Source of the DNA: Planctomycetota bacterium
GTDB taxonomy: Bacteria > Planctomycetota > B15-G4 > SIAN01
Assembly (NCBI GenBank): GCA_031409275.1
Contig: JANNXA010000029.1
Location: 1 to 41,604 of the forward strand
Reading direction: 5' to 3'
Length of the DNA stretch: 41,604 nt
Below the pieces are notes generated by a model. It was not told where the DNA came from, made no database searches, and saw only the letters and a program-made list of their open reading frames with translations. The position numbers and the translations under genes are program-made. Position 1 is the first letter of the stretch, and the number at the start of each line of letters is the position of its first letter. Positions 18,993-27,584 of the stretch are shown one piece after another.

Positions 18993-20609
18993 TCACCGGT
19001 TGCCCCCGGGAGCCTCCCCACTGGGGCGCGGCGGCGCGCCCCCTCGGAGGTGCGGCAGCCGGACGGTGAAGGTCGCGCCGCCCCCGGGGGGCGAGCTCAC
19101 CGAGAGGGTCCCCCCGTGCTGCTCGATCAAGTGGTGCGCCACCGAGAGCCCGAGCCCGGTCCCTTTGCCCGCTTCCTTGGTCGTGAAGAAGAGGTCGAAG
19201 CAACGCGCCTGCTGCTCGCTCGACATGCCCGGCCCGTCGTCCTGCACGGCGACGACGACCTGCTCCCCCTCGACTCGCGACGAGACCGTCACGCGCCCGC
19301 CTTTTTGGGAGTGGCCCGCGATGGCGTCCACCGCGTTCAGCAGGAGGTTGAGGAAGACCTGCTGCATCTCCCCGGGCTCGACCAACACCGAAGCGTCCTC
19401 GCCCTCGACGCGCAGTTCGACCCGCGCTCGCTTCGCCGCGTGGTCGGCGAATGCGACCGCGCGCCGGACGAGTTCGAGGATCGGCACGACTTGCGGCTCG
19501 ACGCGGCGCGGCGTGAAGTGCAGGACGCGCTTCACGATCTCCTGGATTCGCACGAGCCCATCGACGAGCAGCCGCAAGTAGCGCGCACGCCCGGCCGCGG
19601 CCGGGTCGGGATCACGCTCCGCCTCCCCCTTCAGCTTTAGCGCGGCGTTCAGCATGCCGCCCAGCGGATTGTTGATCTCGTGCGCGATGCCCGACGCGAG
19701 CGTGCCGGTCGCCGCCAACCGCTGTGCAATGACGAGCCCACGGCCACGCTCTTCGGCGCGCCGGGTCGCCTCGTCGACCTTTTCCGTCAGGCGCCGATCG
19801 GCATCGCGAACCTGCCCCATCATTTCGTTGAACGTGGCGACGACCTTGCCGATCTCATCGCGACCGCCCCCCGGAACCGGCACGTCGTACGCGCGCCCCG
19901 CGACTCGTTCCGCGCCAGCCGAAAGCTCGGCCAGCGGCTTGAGGACGCTGCGTTCGAGCAGGAACCAGGTGAACGCCAACAGCAGCAGCGTGCCAAGCCC
20001 CATGCCGAGCAGGAGCGTGCGCGGCTGGAATGCGGCCTGCCAGCCCGGTTCCGTGATGACGGCCAGAAGGAAGTAGCCCGCCCCCCACAGCGGAGCGTCG
20101 AGACGCCGCTCCCCCGATCGCGGTGCGACGCGGATCGGCGCCGCCACCCACCCGCGCAGCTCGGGATCGGTTTCGCGCTCGATGCGCCCGCTGCGCAGCG
20201 CTTCCGCCATGCGCTGCTTCGCGCGTCGCTCGTCGTAGCTCGCGGCGCGGTGCTTCGCGCCCGGCACGTTCAGGAAGAGCGCGTCGGACGACAGCACCGC
20301 GTCGACGGTCGGTTGCGCGCGCGGCTCCTGCCAGATCACCCCATCCTGCACCAGCGCGTAGATCGGATGGCGGCGCAACAGCTGGATCGCGCGGGCGACG
20401 GTCTTGTCGTCGTCGCCGAGGTCGACCGACAGGAACCCGTCGAAGACCTGCTCGAACCAGGCGAAGATCTGCTGATCACGCACCCGCTCCGCCTGGCGGC
20501 GCGCTTCATCGCGGCCGCGCAGGTCGTCGAGCAGCCAGAAGCCGAGCAGCGCCGCGACCGCGAGGTTCACGACGACGATCGACAACAGGATGCGTGCCCG
20601 CAGCGAGAT
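18993..20609 (-). CDS. Membrane sensor histidine kinase (2 TM, HAMP, HisKA, HATPase), probable ATC start
   Basis: IAHEINNPL H-box, QQVFLNLLLNAVDA N-box, DDGPG, FFTTKEAGKGTGLGL; start discussed in findings. Confidence 0.9.
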   Translation of the reverse strand: MSLRARILLSIVVVNLAVAALLGFWLLDDLRGRDEARRQAERVRDQQIFAWFEQVFDGFLSVDLGDDDKTVARAIQLLRRHPIYALVQDGVIWQEPRAQPTVDAVLSSDALFLNVPGAKHRAASYDERRAKQRMAEALRSGRIERETDPELRGWVAAPIRVAPRSGERRLDAPLWGAGYFLLAVITEPGWQAAFQPRTLLLGMGLGTLLLLAFTWFLLERSVLKPLAELSAGAERVAGRAYDVPVPGGGRDEIGKVVATFNEMMGQVRDADRRLTEKVDEATRRAEERGRGLVIAQRLAATGTLASGIAHEINNPLGGMLNAALKLKGEAERDPDPAAAGRARYLRLLVDGLVRIQEIVKRVLHFTPRRVEPQVVPILELVRRAVAFADHAAKRARVELRVEGEDASVLVEPGEMQQVFLNLLLNAVDAIAGHSQKGGRVTVSSRVEGEQVVVAVQDDGPGMSSEQQARCFDLFFTTKEAGKGTGLGLSVAHHLIEQHGGTLSVSSPPGGGATFTVRLPHLRGGAPPRPSGEAPGGNR

Positions 20610-20649
20610 GGCCTAGCTCCTCCGCGTGCCGACGCGCGCCGCGGCGGCG

Positions 20650-21801
20650 TCAGTGGTTGGCCGACAGCGAGTCCATCACCTTCAGGATCGGCATGAACAG
20701 CGCCACCACGATGGTTCCGATGACGACGGCGAGGAACAGCAGGATGACCGGCTCGATGATCCGGAACAGCGTGCCGACCGAGTCATCCACCTCGCGCTCG
20801 TAGGCATCCGCCACCTTGAGCAGCATGCGATCGAGGTTGCCCGACTGCTCGCCGACGTCGACCATGTTGACCACGATGTCGTCGAAGGCGCCGCTCTCGG
20901 CCATCGGCTGCGTGATCGTCTCGCCCTGCTTGATGTTCTTGTGCACCGACTCGAGCGCCTCGCCGACGATGACGTTCGTGATCGAGTCGCGAATGATCGA
21001 CAACGCCTCGAGGATCGGCACGCCGGCGCCGAGCAGCGTGCCGAAGGTGCGGGCGAAGCGGGCGATGATGGTCTTCTTCACCAGCGGGCCGGCCACCGGA
21101 AAGCGCAGGCCAAGCCGGTGCATGAACTTGCGGTATCCGTAGACGCGCATCAGCAGCTTGTGGCTGACCACGATCAGTCCCGGCACCAGCAGCAGCAGGT
21201 ACCACCACTTGCGCATGAACTCGGCCACGTCGAGCAGCGCCTGGGTCAATGGCGGCAGCTCCTGATCGAGCTGGACGAACACCTCCTGGAACTTCGGCAC
21301 CACGAACACCATGACGAACGCGACGACGAGCACCGCGAATCCCATGACGCAGGCCGGGTAGGTCAATGCCCCCTTGACCTTGTTGCGGATCGCGTCGGCC
21401 TTCTCCGCGAAGATGGCGAGGCGCTCGAGGATCGTCTCGAGGATGCCGCCTGCCTCGCCGGCCTTCACCATGTTGAGGTAGAGCGGATCGAAGTAGTGCG
21501 GATGCTTGCCGAGCGACGCGGAGAGCGAGTCGCCGCCCTCGACGTCATCGCCGATCGCGTTGACGGCGTCGCGGAACGGGCCGAGCCGCTGCTGCCCGGC
21601 CAGCACGCGCAGGCAGCGCACGATCGGCAGGCCGGCGCCCTGCAGCGTGGCGAGCTGCACCGTGAACTGCACCAGAACCTTCGGCTTGATGCGTCCACGC
21701 AGGACGCGGCTCTTCGAGGTAGTGCCGGCCAACGCGGTCGCGCCCGTCGCGGCGACCACCGGCTTCGCTCCGCCGCCCTTGCGCTGGATCTTGTCGGGCA
21801 C
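20650..21801 (-). CDS. pilC: Type IV pilus / T2SS inner-membrane platform protein (PilC/GspF)
   Basis: QLATLQGAGLPI, MVKAGEAGGILE, GALTYPA, FARTFGTLLGAGVPI, VGEQSGNLDRML, IEP; GTG after GGGGAG. Confidence 0.9.
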   Translation of the reverse strand: MPDKIQRKGGGAKPVVAATGATALAGTTSKSRVLRGRIKPKVLVQFTVQLATLQGAGLPIVRCLRVLAGQQRLGPFRDAVNAIGDDVEGGDSLSASLGKHPHYFDPLYLNMVKAGEAGGILETILERLAIFAEKADAIRNKVKGALTYPACVMGFAVLVVAFVMVFVVPKFQEVFVQLDQELPPLTQALLDVAEFMRKWWYLLLLVPGLIVVSHKLLMRVYGYRKFMHRLGLRFPVAGPLVKKTIIARFARTFGTLLGAGVPILEALSIIRDSITNVIVGEALESVHKNIKQGETITQPMAESGAFDDIVVNMVDVGEQSGNLDRMLLKVADAYEREVDDSVGTLFRIIEPVILLFLAVVIGTIVVALFMPILKVMDSLSANH

Positions 21802-21848
21802 TTCGTTGCTCCCCACGCGGTCGCGCCGGCTCGCACCGGCGCGCCACC

Positions 21849-23540
21849 TCATCCTTCGAGGAAGGTCTCGCGCACGATCTCTTCGACGGTCGTCACGCCC
21901 TCGAAGATGCGGCGCACACCGGCGGACCGCAGGTTGACCATCCCCTCTTCCGCCGCCAGCGCCCGCAATCGCCCCTGCGGCCAGTTCTCCTGGATCGCAC
22001 GGCGCAGGCGCGGAGTGATCTGCATGATCTCGAACACGGCAACGCGCCCTTTGTAACCGGTGCGAGCGCACTCCTCGCACCCCTCGCCGAAGGCGAAGCG
22101 CTTGCCCACGAGCTCCTTCGGGTCGAGTTCGAGCTGCGCGGCGACGTCGGCGCCTGGCTCGTACTCCTTGCGGCAGCCGCGGCAGATGCGCCGCACCAGC
22201 CGCTGCGCGACGATCGCGTTCAGCGTCGCCGCCAGCAGGTAGGGCGCGATGCCGAGGTCGATCAGACGGACGACCGCCGCCGGCGCGTCGTTCGTGTGCA
22301 GCGTCGTGAAGACGAGGTGGCCGGTCAGCGACGCCTCGATGGCGATCTTCGCGGTCTCGAGGTCGCGCGTTTCGCCGACCAGGATGATGTCGGGGTCCTG
22401 GCGCAGGATGGTGCGCAGCACCGACGCGTAGGTGACGCCGATCTCCTCGTTGATCGGCACCTGCACGATGCCCTCGAGGTCGTACTCGACCGGGTCCTCG
22501 GTGGTGATGATCTTCATGCTCGGATCGTTGCTCTTGTTCAGCATCGAGTAGAGCGTGGTCGTCTTGCCCGAACCGGTCGGGCCGGTCACCAGCACGATGC
22601 CATGCGGCTTGTCGAGCAGCAGGTCGATCGTCTTCTTGTCGTCCTCGGTCAGCCCGATGCGGTCGACATCGAGCGCGACGACGCTGCGGTCGAGCACGCG
22701 CAGCACGCACGACTCGCCAAACAGCGTCGGCAGCGTCGAAACGCGCAGGTCGACCGCCTTGCCGCCGATCGCGAGCTCGATGCGCCCGTCCTGCGGCACG
22801 CGTGTTTCGGCGATGTCGAGGTTCGCCATGACCTTGACGCGGGAGATCAGCGGGATCGCCAGCGAAAGCGGCGGCGGCTCCATCTCGTAGAGCACGCCGT
22901 CGACGCGATAGCGGACCTTGAACTCGTGCTCGAACGGCTCGAGGTGGATGTCGGACGCCTGGTCGCGCACCGCCTGGAACAGGATGAAGTTCAGCAGCTT
23001 CACGACCGGCGCCGCATGCGCCGCCGCATCCTTGTCCGAGGCGTCGATCGGCCCGCCCTTGCGCACCTCGTCGAGCACGCCCTTCATCGAGCCGCCCGCG
23101 GCGGCCTCGCCGTAGAGCTGCTTCAGCTTGCGCTCGATGGCATCGGCATCGGCGATCTTGCCCTTGACGTCGCACCCCGACAGGACCTTGAGCTCGTCGA
23201 GGAAATGGACGTTCAGCGGATCGGCGAGCGCGACCCAGAGCGTGCCGTCCTCCTCGGCGATCGGCACCACCTTGAAGACCGTGGCGGACGAGGCGTCGAC
23301 GCGCTTGGCGAGCTCGGGCGACACCGTCACCGCGTCGAGGTCGACCACGTCGAAGCCCTGCTGGATGCCCAGCGCGAGCTGCAGCTGCGCGGCCGTGATG
23401 CGGCCCTGCGCGATGAGGATGCGGCCGATCGGCCCGCCCTTGTCGCGCTGGATCGCGAGCGCCTCCTGCACGTGCCCCTCGTGGAGGTAGTGCTGCTCCT
23501 TCAGGATCTGCCCGATCAGCGTGCGTCGCGGTTGCGGCAT
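21849..23540 (-). CDS. pilB: PilB/GspE extension ATPase (paralog A)
   Basis: ASDIHLEP, RVPQDGRI, GPTGSGKTTT, LRQDPDIILVGE, TLHTND, CRGC...CEEC. Confidence 0.9.
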   Translation of the reverse strand: MPQPRRTLIGQILKEQHYLHEGHVQEALAIQRDKGGPIGRILIAQGRITAAQLQLALGIQQGFDVVDLDAVTVSPELAKRVDASSATVFKVVPIAEEDGTLWVALADPLNVHFLDELKVLSGCDVKGKIADADAIERKLKQLYGEAAAGGSMKGVLDEVRKGGPIDASDKDAAAHAAPVVKLLNFILFQAVRDQASDIHLEPFEHEFKVRYRVDGVLYEMEPPPLSLAIPLISRVKVMANLDIAETRVPQDGRIELAIGGKAVDLRVSTLPTLFGESCVLRVLDRSVVALDVDRIGLTEDDKKTIDLLLDKPHGIVLVTGPTGSGKTTTLYSMLNKSNDPSMKIITTEDPVEYDLEGIVQVPINEEIGVTYASVLRTILRQDPDIILVGETRDLETAKIAIEASLTGHLVFTTLHTNDAPAAVVRLIDLGIAPYLLAATLNAIVAQRLVRRICRGCRKEYEPGADVAAQLELDPKELVGKRFAFGEGCEECARTGYKGRVAVFEIMQITPRLRRAIQENWPQGRLRALAAEEGMVNLRSAGVRRIFEGVTTVEEIVRETFLEG

Positions 23541-23556
23541 GCGTGCTCCCGACCGC

Positions 23557-24615
23557 CTATGCGAGCTTCGGCTCGAGGTCCTTGGGCGACTGCGCCGCGC
23601 GCAGCGCCGTCTCGCGATCGATCTTGCCGGCCTTGAAGAGCTCGAGCAGGTGGTCGTCGAGCAGCACCATGCCGAGGCGGCGCGAGGTCTGGATCACCGA
23701 CGGGATCTTGAACGTCTCGTTCTTGCGGATGTGGTTCTCGATGGCCGGCGTCATCACCATGATCTCGAACGCCGCCACTCGCCCCAACTTGTCGCTCCGC
23801 GGCAGCAGCGCCTGCGAGATCACGGCGATCAGCGACACGGCGAGCTGCGCGCGGATCTGCTCCTGCGCCTCGGTCGGGAACGCGTCGATGATGCGATCGA
23901 CGGTCCGCGCCGCGCCGGTCGTGTGCAGCGTCGCCAGCACGAGGTGGCCGGTCTCGGCGGCCGTGATCGCGGAAGAGATGGTCTCGAGATCGCGCATCTC
24001 GCCGAGCAGGATCACGTTGGGATCCTGACGCAGCGCGCGCCGCATCCCTTCAGAGAAGGTCGGCACGTCGACATGCAGTTCGCGCTGCATGATCAGGGAC
24101 TTGCCGTGCGAGTGGTAGTACTCGACGGGATCCTCGATCGTGATCACGTGGCGGTCGAAGTTCTGGTTCACGTAGTGGACCAGCGAGGCGAGCGTCGTCG
24201 TCTTGCCCGAGCCGGTCGGGCCGGTGACCAGCAGGAGCCCGCGCGGCCGCGTGACCAGCTCCTTCACGAAGTCGGGCAGTCCGATCTCTTCAAGGCTCAG
24301 CAGCTTGCTCGGGATGAGTCGGCAGGCGGCCCCGTAGAACCCCTTCTGCTTGAAGATGTTCACGCGGAAGCGGGCGGCATCGCTGTGCGCCACGGCGAAG
24401 TCGGCGGAGCCCACTTCCAGCGCTTCCTTGAAGCTGCGCTCCGGCGCGATCGCGCGCACGAACGCCTCGGTGTCGGCCGCGTTCATGACGGGCTGCTCGG
24501 CGATGTCGACGAGTCGACCGTGCTTGCGCAGCGTCGGCGGCCGCCCGACCGTGACGTGGAGGTCGGAGGCCCCCTCGGTCACGCAGCGTTCCATCAGTTC
24601 CCTTGCCGTCGCCAT
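23557..24615 (-). CDS. pilT: Type IV pilus retraction ATPase
   Basis: ASDLHVTVGRPP, RFRVNIF, GPTGSGKTTT, TIEDPVE, AAETGHLVLATLHT, AIENHIRK (AIRNLIRE-like). Confidence 0.92.
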   Translation of the reverse strand: MATARELMERCVTEGASDLHVTVGRPPTLRKHGRLVDIAEQPVMNAADTEAFVRAIAPERSFKEALEVGSADFAVAHSDAARFRVNIFKQKGFYGAACRLIPSKLLSLEEIGLPDFVKELVTRPRGLLLVTGPTGSGKTTTLASLVHYVNQNFDRHVITIEDPVEYYHSHGKSLIMQRELHVDVPTFSEGMRRALRQDPNVILLGEMRDLETISSAITAAETGHLVLATLHTTGAARTVDRIIDAFPTEAQEQIRAQLAVSLIAVISQALLPRSDKLGRVAAFEIMVMTPAIENHIRKNETFKIPSVIQTSRRLGMVLLDDHLLELFKAGKIDRETALRAAQSPKDLEPKLA

Positions 24616-24630
24616 GGTCGCGGACCTCGT

Positions 24631-26295
24631 CTAGTCGTTGCCGGCGATGACGCGCAGCACTTCGCGCACGCTGGTCATCCCGTTCAGCACTTTGCGCTGC
24701 GCATCCGCCAGCAGCGTCGACATCTTTCCCGACGCGATCGCTTCCTCGCGAATCTTCAGGTTCGATTCGCCTCGGAAGGTCATCTCGCGCAGCCGGCTGT
24801 CCATCTCGAGCAGCTCGAAGAGTCCTTTGCGGCCCTTGAATCCGGTGTTGTCGCAGCTTCCGCAGCCGCGCTCGCGGAAGAGGGTGGCGCCGACCGCCTG
24901 CTCGGGCCGGATCTGCAGCGACGCGAGCTCGACCTCGTCGGCCTCGACCGGAATGCGGCACTCCTTGCACAGCGACCGCACCAGACGCTGCGCCATCACC
25001 GCGGTGACCGAGGCACTGACCAGGAACGGCGCCACGCCCATCTCGACGAGTCGCGTCAACGCGGCCGGAGCGTCATTGGTGTGCAGCGTCGAGAAGACGA
25101 GGTGGCCGGTCAGCGAGGCCTGGATCGCGACCTCGGCCGTCTCCTTGTCGCGAATCTCGCCGACCAGGATGACGTTGGGCGCCTGGCGCAGCATCGCGCG
25201 CAGGATGCGCGCGAAGGTCAGCCCGATGCGGGCGTGCACCTGGCACTGGTTGATGCCGGCGAGCTGGTACTCGACCGGGTCCTCGGCCGTGATGAGCTTG
25301 CGATCGGCGCGGTTCAGCTCTTTCAGCGCCGCGTAGAGCGTCGTGGTCTTGCCGGAGCCGGTCGGCCCGGTGACCAGCACGATCCCGTTGGGGCGCGCGA
25401 TGATCTTCTTGAAGCGCTCGTAGTCCTTGTCGCCGAAGCCGAGGTCGGTCAGCGAGACGAGCCCGCGCTCCTTGTCGAGCAGGCGCATCACCATCGCCTC
25501 GCCGTGACTGCTCGGCAACACCGACACGCGCAGGTCGAGATCACGGCCGTCGACCTTGGTGAGGATGCGGCCATCTTGCGGCTTGCGCCGCTCGGCGATG
25601 TCGAGGCCGGCCATGATCTTCAGGCGCGAAACGAGCGGCGCGTGCAGGTGGCGGGGATGCGCCGCCACCTCGCGCAGGACGCCGTCGATGCGGTAGCGCA
25701 CCCGGAGACGCTCCGTCTGCGGCTCGACGTGGATGTCGCTCGCGCGCGACCTGAGCGCGCCATCAAGCATCTGCTGCACCAGCCGGATGATCGGCGCGTC
25801 ATCGTCGCCGTCGCTGCTGGTGGTGACCGCCGCCCGCGGCGGCGGCGCGACGCCGAGCCCGGCGACCTCGACGCCGTAGTGCTCCTTGATCTTGCGCGCC
25901 ACTGCCGAGGCGCAGGCGAGCGCCGTCGTCACCGGCGAGTTCAGCACGAAGGAGAGATCGTCGAGCTCGAGCGCGGTGGCCGGGTCGGCGATCGCGATGA
26001 CGAGCTTGCCGTCCTTCTCCATCAGCGGGACGACCCGCAGCCGCGCCGCGAGCTCCTTCGGGACCCGTTGCAGCAGCGCCGCCGACAGGCGCCCCTTGTC
26101 GAGGTCGACGTAGGGCATCCCCGCCTGCTTGGCCAGCGCGCGTGCGACCGTCACCTCGTCGGTGTAGCCGAGCTCGACGACGATCTCGCCGAGCTTCAGC
26201 CGTTTGCCGCGCTGCTGCTGGAGCGCTTCGCGGAGCTGGACCTCGGTGATCGCGCCGGCCGCGATCAGGAGCTCGCCGATCTTCTGCCGGCTCAT
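24631..26295 (-). CDS. PilB/GspE extension ATPase (paralog B, 554 aa)
   Basis: ATG after GGAGG; MshEN-like N-terminus KIGELLIAAGAITEVQLREALQQQ; ASDIHVEP, GPTGSGKTTT, LRQAPNVILVGE, CKEC...CGSC. Confidence 0.9.
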   Translation of the reverse strand: MSRQKIGELLIAAGAITEVQLREALQQQRGKRLKLGEIVVELGYTDEVTVARALAKQAGMPYVDLDKGRLSAALLQRVPKELAARLRVVPLMEKDGKLVIAIADPATALELDDLSFVLNSPVTTALACASAVARKIKEHYGVEVAGLGVAPPPRAAVTTSSDGDDDAPIIRLVQQMLDGALRSRASDIHVEPQTERLRVRYRIDGVLREVAAHPRHLHAPLVSRLKIMAGLDIAERRKPQDGRILTKVDGRDLDLRVSVLPSSHGEAMVMRLLDKERGLVSLTDLGFGDKDYERFKKIIARPNGIVLVTGPTGSGKTTTLYAALKELNRADRKLITAEDPVEYQLAGINQCQVHARIGLTFARILRAMLRQAPNVILVGEIRDKETAEVAIQASLTGHLVFSTLHTNDAPAALTRLVEMGVAPFLVSASVTAVMAQRLVRSLCKECRIPVEADEVELASLQIRPEQAVGATLFRERGCGSCDNTGFKGRKGLFELLEMDSRLREMTFRGESNLKIREEAIASGKMSTLLADAQRKVLNGMTSVREVLRVIAGND

Positions 26296-26504
26296 GCCGG
26301 GCCTCCGAGGGGATGGCAACGGCGGGTGGCGAGAGTCGATCGTGCGGCCAGCGGCATGGTCGATCGGGGGCCCTTCGCCTCGGATTGCTGCTCGGGAACG
26401 ACCGCGCGGCCTTCGCGCGAGCGGCAGATTGTAGTAGGAAGCGTCGGCCGGCCGGTGACCTTCCTCCCCCGCGGGTTGCGGGCGGCCATGTTGCGGAGAC
26501 CAGC

Positions 26505-27392
26505 GTGCGACGCCGCACCCCATTCGTGCTGTCGTTCGTTCTCCTGACGACGGGCTGCATCGTCCCGCGCAGCGAAGGCTTCGCGACCCCGCAGCAGACG
26601 GTCGCCACCTTCCAATCGGCCTACGCGCGCGACGACGAGTTCCTCGAGTACGACTGCTTCGCCGCCGAGCTGAAGGCGCAGGGGCTGACGCAGCAGGCAT
26701 GGAGTACGGCGCGCGGGCCGCTGTTCGCGCCGCTCGGACTCGCGGGTCGATCGCTGCTGCGTCGCAATGAGCTCGCGGACAACCTCGTGGCGGTGGTCGG
26801 CTCACCGCCGACGTGCGTGCTCGCTTCGCTGCCGCGCCGCGCGACGAACGGCAGCTTCGTGCCGCGTCCCGAGGCCGACCTTGCGCTCGACTACGAGATC
26901 TGCGGCCATGGCCTGCGCGTGAAGCTGCTGGCCGAGGCGACGCTGATCGTCCCCGCGCCCGACGGTGCCGCGCCGCGCGCCTACGTACTCGGCCGTAGCA
27001 ACAGCCTGCTGGTGCTCGGTGGCGGGGACGGTGCCGTGCTGCATGTGGACGTCGGCGTTCCAGCCGACGTTGCCACGAAACTGGTGGCCGACGGCGCGGC
27101 CTGGCTTCGCCTGGAGCGGCGCTTCAAGCTGGCGCTGCCGGAAGTCATCGACGTCGGCGATCGGCCGCCGTTGCGCGGGCCGCCTTCCCCGCCGCGCGCG
27201 CACCGCCATGCCACCTACGCCAAGCTGCGACCGAAGCCGGGGCCCACCGCATTCGGCGTCACTCGGATCGAGTTCACCTTGCCGATCGATTGCCCGGTTG
27301 GCGCCAGCGGGACGGTCCTCGACGCGGCGTGCGACGAGTTCGTCTGGAAGAAGCTCCCCGATCGCGAAATCGGGGGCGTCGGCGCTCGCTGA
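26505..27392 (+). CDS. Hypothetical lipoprotein (295 aa)
   Basis: GTG after GGAG; basic N-terminus, hydrophobic core and LTTGC lipobox. Confidence 0.65.
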   Translation: MRRRTPFVLSFVLLTTGCIVPRSEGFATPQQTVATFQSAYARDDEFLEYDCFAAELKAQGLTQQAWSTARGPLFAPLGLAGRSLLRRNELADNLVAVVGSPPTCVLASLPRRATNGSFVPRPEADLALDYEICGHGLRVKLLAEATLIVPAPDGAAPRAYVLGRSNSLLVLGGGDGAVLHVDVGVPADVATKLVADGAAWLRLERRFKLALPEVIDVGDRPPLRGPPSPPRAHRHATYAKLRPKPGPTAFGVTRIEFTLPIDCPVGASGTVLDAACDEFVWKKLPDREIGGVGAR

Positions 27393-27584
27393 CGCACGAC
27401 GAGCGGCGCGCTTGCGCCGGCGTCTGCACCACGCCATCCTCGCCACCCGATTGCGCCGACTTGGCGGTTGGGCGCACGCACGCAGCGACACGCCACCCTG
27501 CGCGCCGACAGTCCCTTGGATCCTGCGCTCGTGGCCAGCGCAAAGCCGCTGCGCCGACATGCGCGCGGCAGAGATGAGGATGCG

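Noticed and set aside
20650..23175. 841-aa ORF suggesting a long PilC fusion
   Set aside because: The N-terminal part is an alternative frame of pilB; PilC has its own RBS and GTG at 21801.
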